This document shows, one piece after another, positions 44,709-54,118 of a stretch of DNA of 64,000 nt (position 1 is its first letter; every line of letters begins with the position of its first letter). The notes under the pieces were generated by a model. It searched no databases. It was not told where the DNA came from and was given only the letters and a program-made list of their open reading frames with translations. A program made the position numbers and the translations under genes. The stretch comes from Deltaproteobacteria bacterium (GTDB lineage: Bacteria; Acidobacteriota; Thermoanaerobaculia; Multivoradales; JAHZIX01). Location: assembly GCA_022601195.1 (NCBI GenBank), contig JAHZIX010000041.1:102668-166667 (forward strand). The letters run 5' to 3'.

Positions 44709-46982
44709 ATGAAGAAATACAGGTTTTCGACGCTGCGAGCCCTGCCGGCAGCCCTGATTTTGCTAAGCCTGCCCTCCGGAGCGCCTTGGCTGGCCGAAGA
44801 AGAGACTTTCCGGCTGAGCCTGGACTCCATCTCTTTCGGATTCTTGGAGACCGATGTAACGACAGACTCGGCAAAGTTCCAGGAGTACCGAGATATAGGA
44901 AGCGGTTTTCAGCTGACCGACCTACGCCTGCGGGGGATCGGCGCCAACGGCGACCGAGTTCTGACCCTGACCGCCGACAACGTGGGCCGGGACGATGCTC
45001 GCTATGGTTTCTCCTATGGGATGTCCGGAAAGTACTCTCTGGAAATCGACTACAACAAGATCCCGCACCGCTTCGGCAATAATGCGACCCTGCTTTGGAA
45101 TCGCACGGGTCCTGGAACCTGGGCCATCTCAGACGCGGTTCAAAGCCAAATTCAGGGCGCCTTGGAGGATCGATTCGCCCTCGACCGAAGTGGTGTCAAC
45201 TTCCCTTTCCTCAGCGCTGTGCTGGCCCCCCATCTGAGCGCCGCCAACAAGAGCGACCTCGGACTCCAGCGGGACCGAACCCGCGTTACCCTCGAGCTGG
45301 GTAAGCTGGGGCACCTCGCTTGGACCGCCGAGGTGCGCCACGAGAACCGGGATGGACTGCGGCCATTCGGCGGCGACTTTGGTTTCAACAACGCTCAGGA
45401 GATCCCAGAGCCCATCGACTACGACACCACCGATGCGGAGGTCCGCGGCGAGTGGAACGGGGCGAAGGGAGGGGTGAACTTCGGCTACCGTTACTCCACC
45501 TTCGAGAACGACATCAGTACGCTGGTCTGGGACAATCCGTTTCGCGGCTCCGACTCCACGGATCCGAGGGCCTACTTGGGTCCCGGCTTCCTCTCCATCA
45601 ACGGCCCCACCCAGGGTCTCGTCGACCTGGCGCCGGACAACGAGGCCAACCTCGCCTTCGTCTCGGGCCGCACCAAACTGGGCGCTGGCTGGTGGCTCAA
45701 CGGCACCCTCAACTACAACGTCATGACCCAGAACGATCCCCTGCTGCCCTACACCCTGAACTCAGCCATCCAGGGCATCGACCACGAGACCGGCACCACC
45801 TTTGACGCCGCGGACCCCAACAACCTACCGGTGCGTAACGCCGACAACGAGGTTGAGGTCCTGAGCCTCGCCGGCAATGCCGGCACCCGTTTCGGTGACG
45901 ATTGGAAGCTCACTTTCCGCTACCGTTACTACGACTACGACAACACCTCGCCCCGCATCGAGTTCCCGGGCTACGTACGCATGCATTCAACCTGGCAAGA
46001 GGTCCCCCGCATCACGGTGCCCTATAGCTATACGAGGGACGACCTCGGCGCCGAGGTCGCCTGGGAGGCTACTTCCAAGACCACCCTGGCCCTGAGCTAC
46101 CGCCTATTGAGCTGGGATCGCGAGTTCCGGGAGACGGAGAGTACCGACGAGGACATCCTCGAGCTGACCCTCGACCAGCGCCTCAGCTCCAAGGCGACAT
46201 TGCGGGCCGGTTGGGAAACGGGAACCCGCTCCAACGATGGCTACGAGGTCGAGGCACAGGAGCTCACCTTCCTGGAGCCGGAAGGCATCAACAACCAGCC
46301 GGGGCTGCGAAAGTTCACCCAGGCCGCCCGCGACTTCGATGACTACGACCTTTCCCTGAATCTCTTCCCGACCCCCGAATGGAACGTCATCTTCGGGTAC
46401 TCCGGCCGGAACGAGGACTACCCGGACAGCCAATTCGGGCTGATCGCCGACGACATCCAGCAGCTTAACTTCGAGATCGGCTACACCCCTGGGGCCGGAT
46501 TCGGCTGCTACCTCTTTGGCCACCGGGCCGACCGCGACGTCCTGCAACGCGCCCGCCAGTCTGGAGGCACCCTCTCCACAGACCCGCGCAACGACTGGCA
46601 AGCGGACCTAGAAGAGACCATCGACACCTGGGGCTTTGGCATCAACGGCGAAAGGGATCATTGGTTTTGGGATGCCTCTGCCCGTTGGTCCAACTCCGAC
46701 GGCGAAGCGGATTTCTTCACACCGGCTGGGGGTAGCCCTTCGTCGGCGGTGGACTTCGACAACTATGAAGACATCGAGCTGCTCGCCTTTCACCTGAAGG
46801 TGCGCTACGACATCCGTGATGGCGCCTCCGTGGGCCTCTCCTACCTCTTCGAGGACTACACCATCGACTCCTTCATCCTTCAGGGCCTCCAACCCTACCT
46901 GCCCTCGGCTCTCCAGCTAGCAGCCAGCAACGGCAGCTACGAGGGCAACGTCATCGGACTCCATCTGAAATTCGCTTTCTGA
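44709..46982 (+). CDS. MtrB/PioB-family decahaem-associated outer-membrane beta-barrel protein
   Basis: Starts 12 nt after the decahaem gene. 757 aa with signal peptide MKKYRFSTLRALPAALILLSLPSGAPWLA. Abundant alternating aromatic/hydrophobic-polar strands (YSLEIDYNKIPHRFGN, TLALSYRLLSWDREF, GLSYLFEDYTID). C-terminal ...GLHLKFAF ending in Phe is the usual OMP barrel signature. No haem motifs. Confidence 0.75.
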   Translation: MKKYRFSTLRALPAALILLSLPSGAPWLAEEETFRLSLDSISFGFLETDVTTDSAKFQEYRDIGSGFQLTDLRLRGIGANGDRVLTLTADNVGRDDARYGFSYGMSGKYSLEIDYNKIPHRFGNNATLLWNRTGPGTWAISDAVQSQIQGALEDRFALDRSGVNFPFLSAVLAPHLSAANKSDLGLQRDRTRVTLELGKLGHLAWTAEVRHENRDGLRPFGGDFGFNNAQEIPEPIDYDTTDAEVRGEWNGAKGGVNFGYRYSTFENDISTLVWDNPFRGSDSTDPRAYLGPGFLSINGPTQGLVDLAPDNEANLAFVSGRTKLGAGWWLNGTLNYNVMTQNDPLLPYTLNSAIQGIDHETGTTFDAADPNNLPVRNADNEVEVLSLAGNAGTRFGDDWKLTFRYRYYDYDNTSPRIEFPGYVRMHSTWQEVPRITVPYSYTRDDLGAEVAWEATSKTTLALSYRLLSWDREFRETESTDEDILELTLDQRLSSKATLRAGWETGTRSNDGYEVEAQELTFLEPEGINNQPGLRKFTQAARDFDDYDLSLNLFPTPEWNVIFGYSGRNEDYPDSQFGLIADDIQQLNFEIGYTPGAGFGCYLFGHRADRDVLQRARQSGGTLSTDPRNDWQADLEETIDTWGFGINGERDHWFWDASARWSNSDGEADFFTPAGGSPSSAVDFDNYEDIELLAFHLKVRYDIRDGASVGLSYLFEDYTIDSFILQGLQPYLPSALQLAASNGSYEGNVIGLHLKFAF

Positions 46983-47044
46983 CTGTCTTTTACCAGCCTC
47001 TGCCTACCGTCAGCAAAGCGAGGGGGCAGCGAACAAACGATTCA

Positions 47045-47082
47045 CCGGTAGAGCTACTCCCTCGGTTCTACCGGGCTTTTTC
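47045..47082 (+). terminator. Rho-independent terminator after the mtrB-like gene
   Basis: Stem ccggtaga/tctaccgg (8 bp) with a 14-nt loop, followed by GCTTTTT. Lies between convergent genes. Confidence 0.6.
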
Positions 47083-48286
47083 AATCATCCCGGGCATAGA
47101 GCAGGAGGTTCGCTGAGTCCGTCCCTGCACGACCAACTTTGCCGGGAGTCGCGTTGTCGACAACACACTGCCGGACCTCCTCCGGCGTGGCGTCGGGGCT
47201 CCGCTGCAAACAGAGAGCTGCAACGCCGGCCACGTGGGGAGAGGACATGCTGGTGCCGCTGAAGGTGACGGCTCCGCCGCCCCGCTTGGCGGATTTGACA
47301 TCTTGCCCCGGAGCGAACAGATCCACACAAGGTCCTGTATTGCTGAACACCGCCCGTTCATCGCCGCGCGTCGTCGCTCCAGCCCCTAGAGCTTGCTGCA
47401 CCCGAGCCGGCGAGAACCCACAAGCTTCCCGTCGATCGTTGCCCGCGGCAACGGCATGAGCCACCCCAGCTGCCAGGGAGTTGCACAGGGCCATATCGAT
47501 GGCTGGACTGGGGGCTCCCCCGAGGCTCATATTGGCCACCGCCGGCCAACCGTTCACGACCGCATGGCCGGTCACCCAATCGATACCCCGGACGACGTCC
47601 GAGTCCGAGCCCTGGCCGTCCCGTAGAACCCGTACCGCATGCAGGGTCGCCTCCTTGGCCACTCCAAACTCAGTGCCGGCGGCAGTACCCGCTACATGAG
47701 TGCCGTGATCGTTGTCGTCCCGACACCCACCGGCACTATGTACGCTGAAGCACTCCCCCAAGCGGCCCTGGAATTCCACATGGCGATCATCGATGCCCGT
47801 ATCGATCACATAGAGATGAACGCCCGCACCGGTTTCTGCCCCTGGGTCGTAAACACCATCCAAGGGAAGATCTCTCTGATCGACTCGATCCAGGCCCCAG
47901 GTCGCATCGGCTTGTGCTGCGGGGAGAGGATTGACTCGTTTCTGCCCGTCTTGTTGGACGAAGGCAACGCGGGGGTCCACTAAAACCGACTCGAGGAGTT
48001 GATCATCGAGAGCCGCGGAAAATCCCTGGATGGAGGAGAAAAAAAGCTGTACGTCGGAAGCTCCGGCTGACGAGGCCAAGGAATTCAAATCCGCCGCCGC
48101 GGCGGTCGTGTCAGAGGGGAGAGCACCTGGTTTCATGACCACGATGTAGCGGCCAGGCAAGGCGTCTTCGACCACGACCAGGCCTGAGAGGTTAGCGGCG
48201 CTGGAGGCGCAGTCAAAGGGCCTGAGCCGGGATGAGCCACAACCCACCGAAGCTAGGACGAGCAGGGCGACAATCATTCTCTTCAC
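47081..48286 (-). CDS. secreted subtilisin-like serine peptidase (S8 family, proteinase K-like) with N-terminal propeptide
   Basis: Catalytic triad motifs DTGID (Asp), HGTHVAGTAAG (His) and GTSMSSPHVAGVAAL (Ser). Signal peptide MKRMIVALLVLASVGCG. Confidence 0.9.
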   Translation of the reverse strand: MKRMIVALLVLASVGCGSSRLRPFDCASSAANLSGLVVVEDALPGRYIVVMKPGALPSDTTAAAADLNSLASSAGASDVQLFFSSIQGFSAALDDQLLESVLVDPRVAFVQQDGQKRVNPLPAAQADATWGLDRVDQRDLPLDGVYDPGAETGAGVHLYVIDTGIDDRHVEFQGRLGECFSVHSAGGCRDDNDHGTHVAGTAAGTEFGVAKEATLHAVRVLRDGQGSDSDVVRGIDWVTGHAVVNGWPAVANMSLGGAPSPAIDMALCNSLAAGVAHAVAAGNDRREACGFSPARVQQALGAGATTRGDERAVFSNTGPCVDLFAPGQDVKSAKRGGGAVTFSGTSMSSPHVAGVAALCLQRSPDATPEEVRQCVVDNATPGKVGRAGTDSANLLLYARDD

Positions 48287-48337
48287 GGGATACCTCCCCC
48301 CAAATCAAGAAAATTTCTAAATCTCCATACTCATATA

Positions 48338-49357
48338 TCATGCCAAGGCTCGGAAGACAGGCTTCGACTCGACGACTTCTACGGGGACTCTCGCCAGGGC
48401 AGCCTCGACCACCTCCGGCCCTGCACCGGGTAGGTGGACGTTCTCGCTCAGGTGCCGCTTCCAAGCCCGGGCCCCCGGCTGCTTGGCAAAAAGGCCCAAT
48501 AAGTGCCTGGCCATTCGCCCGAGAGGTATACCCCGTGAACAGCCCTCCTCGATATAGGGCAACATCGCCACGACCACTTCACCTCTTGAAGACGGAAGCC
48601 TTGGTTCCGAGAAAATCGCCCGATCCGAGTCGGCCCAGGCGTAGGGGTCCTCATAGGAAGCTCGCCCAATCATGACCGCATCGACCTTCTTCAGATGCCC
48701 CAGGGCTTGATCCAGGTCTCGAATTCCACCATTGATCTCGATATCGAGGTGGGGAAATTCAACTTTCAATCGATAGACGTCTTCGTAGCGCAGCGGCGGA
48801 ATGGTCCGGTTCTCCTTCGGGCTGACCCCATGGAGCCATGCTTTGCGAGCGTGTACGGAAAATCTCTGGCAGCCAGCCGCCGCCACCGTTTCGACAAAGC
48901 GGGCCATGTCCTCATAGCGATCCAAATCATCGATTCCAATGCGATGCTTGACGGTTACCGGCAGGCTCACCGCAGCCTTCATGGCTTCCACCGCTTCTCT
49001 CACCCGCTGCGGCTCCGCCATCAGGCAGGCACCAAAACGGCCCTTTTGCACTCGATTGCTGGGGCAGCCGACATTGAGATTGATCTCGTCGTATCCCCAG
49101 TCCCGTGCAACTCGAGCACAGGTCGCGAGCTCCTTCGGGTCATCGCCACCAAGCTGGAGAGCGAGGGGCTTTTCCTCTGGGCTAAAACCCAAGTGCGACT
49201 CCCGGTCTCCATGGAGCAGGGCACCGGTGGTGATCATCTCCGTATAGAGCAGGGCCCGCTTGGAGAGCTGGCGAAAGAAGTACCGAAAATGACGGTCCGT
49301 TCGGTCCATCATCGGCGCGATGCTCAAGGGGGGAGTCGTGGGTTGGAGCTGGGACAT
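48338..49357 (-). CDS. dusA: tRNA-dihydrouridine synthase (DusA-like)
   Basis: Start re-set to ATG 49357 (MSQLQPTTPPLSIAPMMDRTDRHFRYF...). The DusA motif EINLNVGCPSNRVQKGRFGACLM contains the catalytic Cys. TIM-barrel flavoenzyme pattern. Confidence 0.85.
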   Translation of the reverse strand: MSQLQPTTPPLSIAPMMDRTDRHFRYFFRQLSKRALLYTEMITTGALLHGDRESHLGFSPEEKPLALQLGGDDPKELATCARVARDWGYDEINLNVGCPSNRVQKGRFGACLMAEPQRVREAVEAMKAAVSLPVTVKHRIGIDDLDRYEDMARFVETVAAAGCQRFSVHARKAWLHGVSPKENRTIPPLRYEDVYRLKVEFPHLDIEINGGIRDLDQALGHLKKVDAVMIGRASYEDPYAWADSDRAIFSEPRLPSSRGEVVVAMLPYIEEGCSRGIPLGRMARHLLGLFAKQPGARAWKRHLSENVHLPGAGPEVVEAALARVPVEVVESKPVFRALA

Positions 49358-49509
49358 TGCTAGAGCTTTCCTATACCTGGTGACTGGCCCGATCCAGCCA
49401 GAAATACGGCCGAGCCGAGTCGCTCTGATTCTACCCTTTCGTGGGCTGCCTTCAGGAGACGCGATACCATCGCTACCTGCCGACCCGTAGAGTCTAAGGA
49501 AGGGAGACC

Positions 49510-49854
49510 ATGGCAAGAATCCACTACGGAGGAAAGACGTTTCGCTCCGCTAGCAACAGTACTTCCGGTGAAGTCAGCGGCGAGACGCTGTTTCACTACC
49601 ACCAGGAGGACGATCTGGTGTGGGCAACCTACAGCGGTGGAGCCATCCGGTTTGGCAACCTGGTCGCGAAAGTACTCGAAGGCGATGTCCTCGATATGCG
49701 CTACCAACACCTGAATCGCCAAGGCGAGCTCAAGACGGGCATCTGCCGCTCGACTCCCCAGCTGCTTGCTGACGGCCGAATTCGACTCCATGAGGAGTGG
49801 CGCTGGACAAGTGGGGACCAGTCCACTGGCGAGTCGACCCTCGAAGAGGTGTGA
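49510..49854 (+). CDS. small conserved hypothetical protein
   Basis: 114 aa ORF with plausible codon usage; no recognisable motif. Confidence 0.45.
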   Translation: MARIHYGGKTFRSASNSTSGEVSGETLFHYHQEDDLVWATYSGGAIRFGNLVAKVLEGDVLDMRYQHLNRQGELKTGICRSTPQLLADGRIRLHEEWRWTSGDQSTGESTLEEV

Positions 49855-50191
49855 TCTAGCCCGATTCAGGTAGAATGAAGGTTTTGGCTACGGGGCCGGC
49901 CGGGACAGGCCCCGCAAGAACGAGCCTTCAGACTCAAGACCATCGGGCAAAGGTAGTCCGGGAGAGCTGACACACGGTGGAAAAAAACCTGATCGGTTTG
50001 CGATACAACGATCTTGCCCCCTGGGGTTGGTGGTTCGCTCTGCGGGGCGTTTCCGATCTTCTGGATCTGCGGGCTCGGTCGGCGACTTCCCCTGGCGAAA
50101 AGCACTGGCTCCACCGACCCCCTGAAGACGGCAGGGGAGCTAGCTACGAGATGAGATTCCTACTCCCCTCAGATTCCCGGAGATCCCGAAT

Positions 50192-51532
50192 ATGAAAGTC
50201 CGTATCGAAGACTGGAACGGCGATGGTCGCGGCAGGGGAACCCTCGGGTCCAAGACCGTTTTGGTATCTCAAGCTCACCCGGGAGAAGAAGTTTCTGTTC
50301 GCTTGGACCGCAAAACCCGCGGCACCCTCCAGGGTCGAGTGTTGAGGCTCATCGCCGCCGACCCAACCCGCATCCCCCACAGCTGCCGTCACGAATTCCG
50401 TTGCACGGGCTGCCCGTTCCTGGCTGCCGACGACCACGACGAAGCAGACTTCAAGGTGGCCAAGGTGACCCACGCCCTGAGGCAAGCCGGCGCGCCCGAG
50501 GAGGCTCTCCAGCCTCTCCAGGTACCCGCCGGGCCTTTCGGTTACCGACATCTCGCCAAGCAGGCGACCGGGCTTTTCCGCGGCAAGGTCATGTTGGGCT
50601 CTTACGTGGCCGGCACCCATGAGGTCGCCAACAATGCCGGCTGTCCCGTCTTGGTACCAGAACTGGCCACTGTGCTCGAACAGGTCCGGCAGTTGTTGAT
50701 CGAATCGAAGGTGCGCATCTGGCGCCCCGCCGGTGCCAGCGGCGAAGGAGGTAGTGATGGCCTACGCCACGTCGTCGCCCGCCAGTCTCGAGCCACCGGA
50801 GAGCAACTCCTGGTGCTCGTCACCTCTACCAAAGAGGGAGCGGTCCAGCGGAAGCTATGCGACGTCTTGGTCCAAGATCTCCCTACGGTGGCCGGGGCAC
50901 ATCTCCTCTTGAACGAGGATCCCGGAAACACCCTTCGCTTGGGAGAGAGTCTCCATGTCAGTGGTTTGGTTTCCATCGAAGAGAACCTGGGGGGCTTTCG
51001 TCACCTCCTCGGCCCCCGCTCCACTTTCCGCATCAACCCCCTCGCTGCCGAAGTCTTGGTTCAAGAGATTCTCGAGGCTGCCGGGGAAGGAAAGGTCTGC
51101 CTGGAACCCTTTTCTGGAGAAGGGGCCCTGACCCTGCCCTTGACTCGGGGCTTCGAACGAGTTCTTGCCGCGGAAAAGTCTCCCGATGCCGTCGACAGGC
51201 TGCGCAAGAGCGCCCAAGGGGCCGATCTTCTAGACCGTATCCCCTGCTATGTTGGCCGCGCTGAAGCCCTACTACCGACCTGGTTGGAAGAAGAGAATCC
51301 GGATTGTGCCGTCCTCGCCCCACCGAAAAAAGGCCTTGGCCCAGTTCTCCTGGGGGCCCTCGGCACATCTCGCCTGAGCCGCATCGTGTTGCTCTCCAGC
51401 GACCCCCTCGCCCTGGCCCACGACCTCCCTCCTCTTCTCGCCAGTGGCTTCCAACTTTCTCGGGTCACTCCCATCGACTCTCTCCCCCGAACAGCCCACG
51501 TCGATACGGTGAGCTTGCTGACCCGAGAGTAG
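50192..51532 (+). CDS. class I SAM-dependent RNA (uracil-5-)methyltransferase, RlmD/RumA/TrmA family
   Basis: N-terminal TRAM-like segment and Cys cluster (CRHEFRCTGCP), then a Rossmann methyltransferase fold with a conserved Cys near the C-terminus. 446 aa. Confidence 0.65.
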   Translation: MKVRIEDWNGDGRGRGTLGSKTVLVSQAHPGEEVSVRLDRKTRGTLQGRVLRLIAADPTRIPHSCRHEFRCTGCPFLAADDHDEADFKVAKVTHALRQAGAPEEALQPLQVPAGPFGYRHLAKQATGLFRGKVMLGSYVAGTHEVANNAGCPVLVPELATVLEQVRQLLIESKVRIWRPAGASGEGGSDGLRHVVARQSRATGEQLLVLVTSTKEGAVQRKLCDVLVQDLPTVAGAHLLLNEDPGNTLRLGESLHVSGLVSIEENLGGFRHLLGPRSTFRINPLAAEVLVQEILEAAGEGKVCLEPFSGEGALTLPLTRGFERVLAAEKSPDAVDRLRKSAQGADLLDRIPCYVGRAEALLPTWLEEENPDCAVLAPPKKGLGPVLLGALGTSRLSRIVLLSSDPLALAHDLPPLLASGFQLSRVTPIDSLPRTAHVDTVSLLTRE

Positions 51533-51544
51533 GCTTCGTCCTCC

Positions 51545-52177
51545 ATGCATCCACCGGAAGCGGCTCGAAGGCGCCCTGTTTGGGAAGCACTCTCCGATCT
51601 CTTTCTGGATACGGAAACCCGTTGGTACCTCCCCAGAATCGCCTGGGTTCTGGTCCAGTCCGAGTATTCCAAAGAAGAGCTCGAACAAATCTGGCGTTTT
51701 GAGGTGGTTCCCTCCTACTGGTGGAATCTCTTCGATATAGCCGGGGAATGGGGGGGCTTTCCCATGGACGAGAAATCCCTTCTCAAGCGAGCCCGCAGGC
51801 GACCCGGTTGGCTGCGAAAACTCATCTTCCCGCGACTGAGCCCCCTCGCAGACCCCTTGTGGCAAGGGGTACTCCAGCTTCGCGAGATTCTTCTCACCCT
51901 CCAGGAGCCCAACCAAAGGCCAGCAGCCGACGCATGGACGGCCTTCGCCGCTGCCTACCTCGAAGAAAACCTGCAAAGGCTCTTTCATCTAGAGGACAAA
52001 TTGGAGCTACTGCGAAGCACTCAGTTGCCCAGGCAAGCCTGTTTCGAGACCTTTCGTACTGACTTTCGGCCAATCTATTCCGAACAGCTGATCGGCAAGG
52101 AAAAGGCGCAGGAGGAGTCTCGAGCTGAAAACGTTCTCGAGCTCATCCAGCTCGCCTTCCGCAACCCAGATTCTTAG
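51545..52177 (+). CDS. hypothetical protein
   Basis: 210 aa ORF 12 nt downstream of the methyltransferase gene. Helical, Trp-rich (WRFEVVPSYWWNLFDIAGEWGGFP); no known motif recognised. Confidence 0.5.
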   Translation: MHPPEAARRRPVWEALSDLFLDTETRWYLPRIAWVLVQSEYSKEELEQIWRFEVVPSYWWNLFDIAGEWGGFPMDEKSLLKRARRRPGWLRKLIFPRLSPLADPLWQGVLQLREILLTLQEPNQRPAADAWTAFAAAYLEENLQRLFHLEDKLELLRSTQLPRQACFETFRTDFRPIYSEQLIGKEKAQEESRAENVLELIQLAFRNPDS

Positions 52178-52237
52178 CCCGAACTTCGCAACGAATTCGG
52201 TACGAAGCTCGGGATAGCTGATCTGCGCCTGCTTCTC

Positions 52238-53794
52238 TTAGCCTGCCGGGTAGCTATAGGAAGCACCAAGACCCAGCGGAATTCCCAGCGTCCAGTAGAG
52301 AATCAGGAAAAGGGTCCAACACACCAAGAAGGTGATGCAATAGGGCAACATGATCGATGTCAATGTGCCGATTCCCGTCTTCTTCACATAGCGTTGGCAG
52401 TACACCACCACCAAGGGGAAGTAGGGCATGAGCGGGGTGACGATATTGGACGAAGAGTCGCCGACCCGATAGGCGGCCTGGGTGAGCTCCGGGGAGATGC
52501 CCACCTGCATCAACATCGGAACAAAAATAGGCGCTAGCAGAGCCCACTTAGCGGAAGCGGAACCCACGAAAAGGTTGACGAAGGCGGTGAGAAAAATAAT
52601 CCCGAACATCGTTACCGGCCCAGGCAATGCCAGGGCCTTGAGCACGGTTGCCCCTTTGAGGGCCAACAGCGCACCAATATTTGACTGATTAAAAGCATCG
52701 ACAAAAAGGGCACAGAAAAAAGCCATCACGATGTAGTAGGACATACCGTTCATGGACTGGGTCATGGCGTCGACCATGTCTTTCGATTTCTTGAATACCC
52801 CAGCTACATAGCCATAGGTCACGCCGGGAAGAAGAAAGAGTAGGAAGATCAACGGCACGATGGACTGCATGATCGGTGCGCGGAACGAATTCAGGGAACC
52901 TTCAGCGTCACGAAAGGGAGAGTCCGCGGGCATCAGTACCAGCACCAGTACCGCAAATCCGATGGCCATGACGATCATCGCCGCAAAGAACGCTTTTCGC
53001 TCTCTCGGCTCAGTGGTACTCATCTCTGGTGCCTTTTCCGCGTCGCCATCCACCGGAGCAATGCGGTGAAGCCTCGGCTCCACCAGACGATCCGTCAGCA
53101 ACCAACCCAAAGAGATGATGAGCACACTGGACACGGCAGTGAAAAAATAGTTTCCCAATGGGTTGACTAGAACCGCCGGGTCGATGATCTGCGCAGCCGG
53201 CTGCGTGAAACCCTGTAGCAAAGGGTCGAGGGCCGACGGCAAGGGGTTGGCACTGAACCCACCAGACACCCCCGCAAAGGCCGCAGCGATGCCCGCCACC
53301 GGGTGGCGGCCAGCCGCATAGAAAATGATGCCTCCTAAGGGAATCACCAATACGTAGCCAGCATCGATGGCACTGTGGCTGAGCAGCCCCACCAGGACCA
53401 CCATGGGAGTGAGAAAAACCTTCGGAGTGACATTCAACATCAACTTGATGGCCGTGTTGAAAAAACCAGCCTGGTCTGCCACGCCGACTCCAAGCATGGC
53501 TACCAGAACCACACCCAGAGGAGCGAAACCAGTAAAGGTCCCCACCATCTTGGATAGAAAGCTGGCCAAAGCCGCTCCGCTCAGGAGATTGTTGATTTGA
53601 ATAGCTTCTCCGCTGCGAGGATCGATTTCCGTAAAGGAAACCGGTGCGAACAAGGCCGACAAAATCCACACCGCAAACAGCGAAATCAAGAAGAGCATCG
53701 CCGGGTCGGGCAGTTTGTTGCCGACGGTCTCGATACCGGCGAGAGCCCGGTTGATGAAACCGGATTTTGAGGAAGATTCAGCCGAGCTACTCAT
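52238..53794 (-). CDS. AbgT-family transporter (p-aminobenzoyl-glutamate/antimetabolite efflux family)
   Basis: Start re-set to ATG 53794 (MSSSAESSSKSGFINRALAGIETVGNKLPDP...), preceded by GGAGGTG. Polytopic membrane protein matching AbgT/MtrF N-terminal conservation. ~518 aa. Confidence 0.8.
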   Translation of the reverse strand: MSSSAESSSKSGFINRALAGIETVGNKLPDPAMLFLISLFAVWILSALFAPVSFTEIDPRSGEAIQINNLLSGAALASFLSKMVGTFTGFAPLGVVLVAMLGVGVADQAGFFNTAIKLMLNVTPKVFLTPMVVLVGLLSHSAIDAGYVLVIPLGGIIFYAAGRHPVAGIAAAFAGVSGGFSANPLPSALDPLLQGFTQPAAQIIDPAVLVNPLGNYFFTAVSSVLIISLGWLLTDRLVEPRLHRIAPVDGDAEKAPEMSTTEPRERKAFFAAMIVMAIGFAVLVLVLMPADSPFRDAEGSLNSFRAPIMQSIVPLIFLLFLLPGVTYGYVAGVFKKSKDMVDAMTQSMNGMSYYIVMAFFCALFVDAFNQSNIGALLALKGATVLKALALPGPVTMFGIIFLTAFVNLFVGSASAKWALLAPIFVPMLMQVGISPELTQAAYRVGDSSSNIVTPLMPYFPLVVVYCQRYVKKTGIGTLTSIMLPYCITFLVCWTLFLILYWTLGIPLGLGASYSYPAG

Positions 53795-54118
53795 ACCAAC
53801 ACCTCCGCTTGCCATTGGGCCGCGATCGGAAAAACATTCAGGGTGAAGTCCCAAGGGGATTAACGCTCCCACCGCGGCGTTCCATTCCCGCCACTGTGAA
53901 GCTGTTGCCGAAAAATCGGCAACCTCCACCTAACCTCATTTAATTCAACGCTTTACAAAGTCTAGCATCGCTCTGAGGATAGCGTCAACAGCACGGCTCA
54001 CCGTGCCGATCGCGCCAGGGGAAAGACTCTCCGCGCAGGTCTAAGGCACCTGGCAAGGTCTTGTTCGTAGGACTCGTCGGGAAGCCGGCCAGCGGTGAAC
54101 GACTTCTGGAAACGCGGG

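Noticed and set aside
52178-52215. Imperfect palindrome cccgaacttcg...cgaagctcggg between convergent genes
   Set aside because: 10/11 stem but no flanking T/A tract; a weak terminator candidate not called as a feature.
53905-53925. Perfect 7-bp hairpin gttgccg-aaaaat-cggcaac in the AbgT 5' region
   Set aside because: No U-tract follows on either strand, so it is not a convincing intrinsic terminator; left as an unassigned hairpin.
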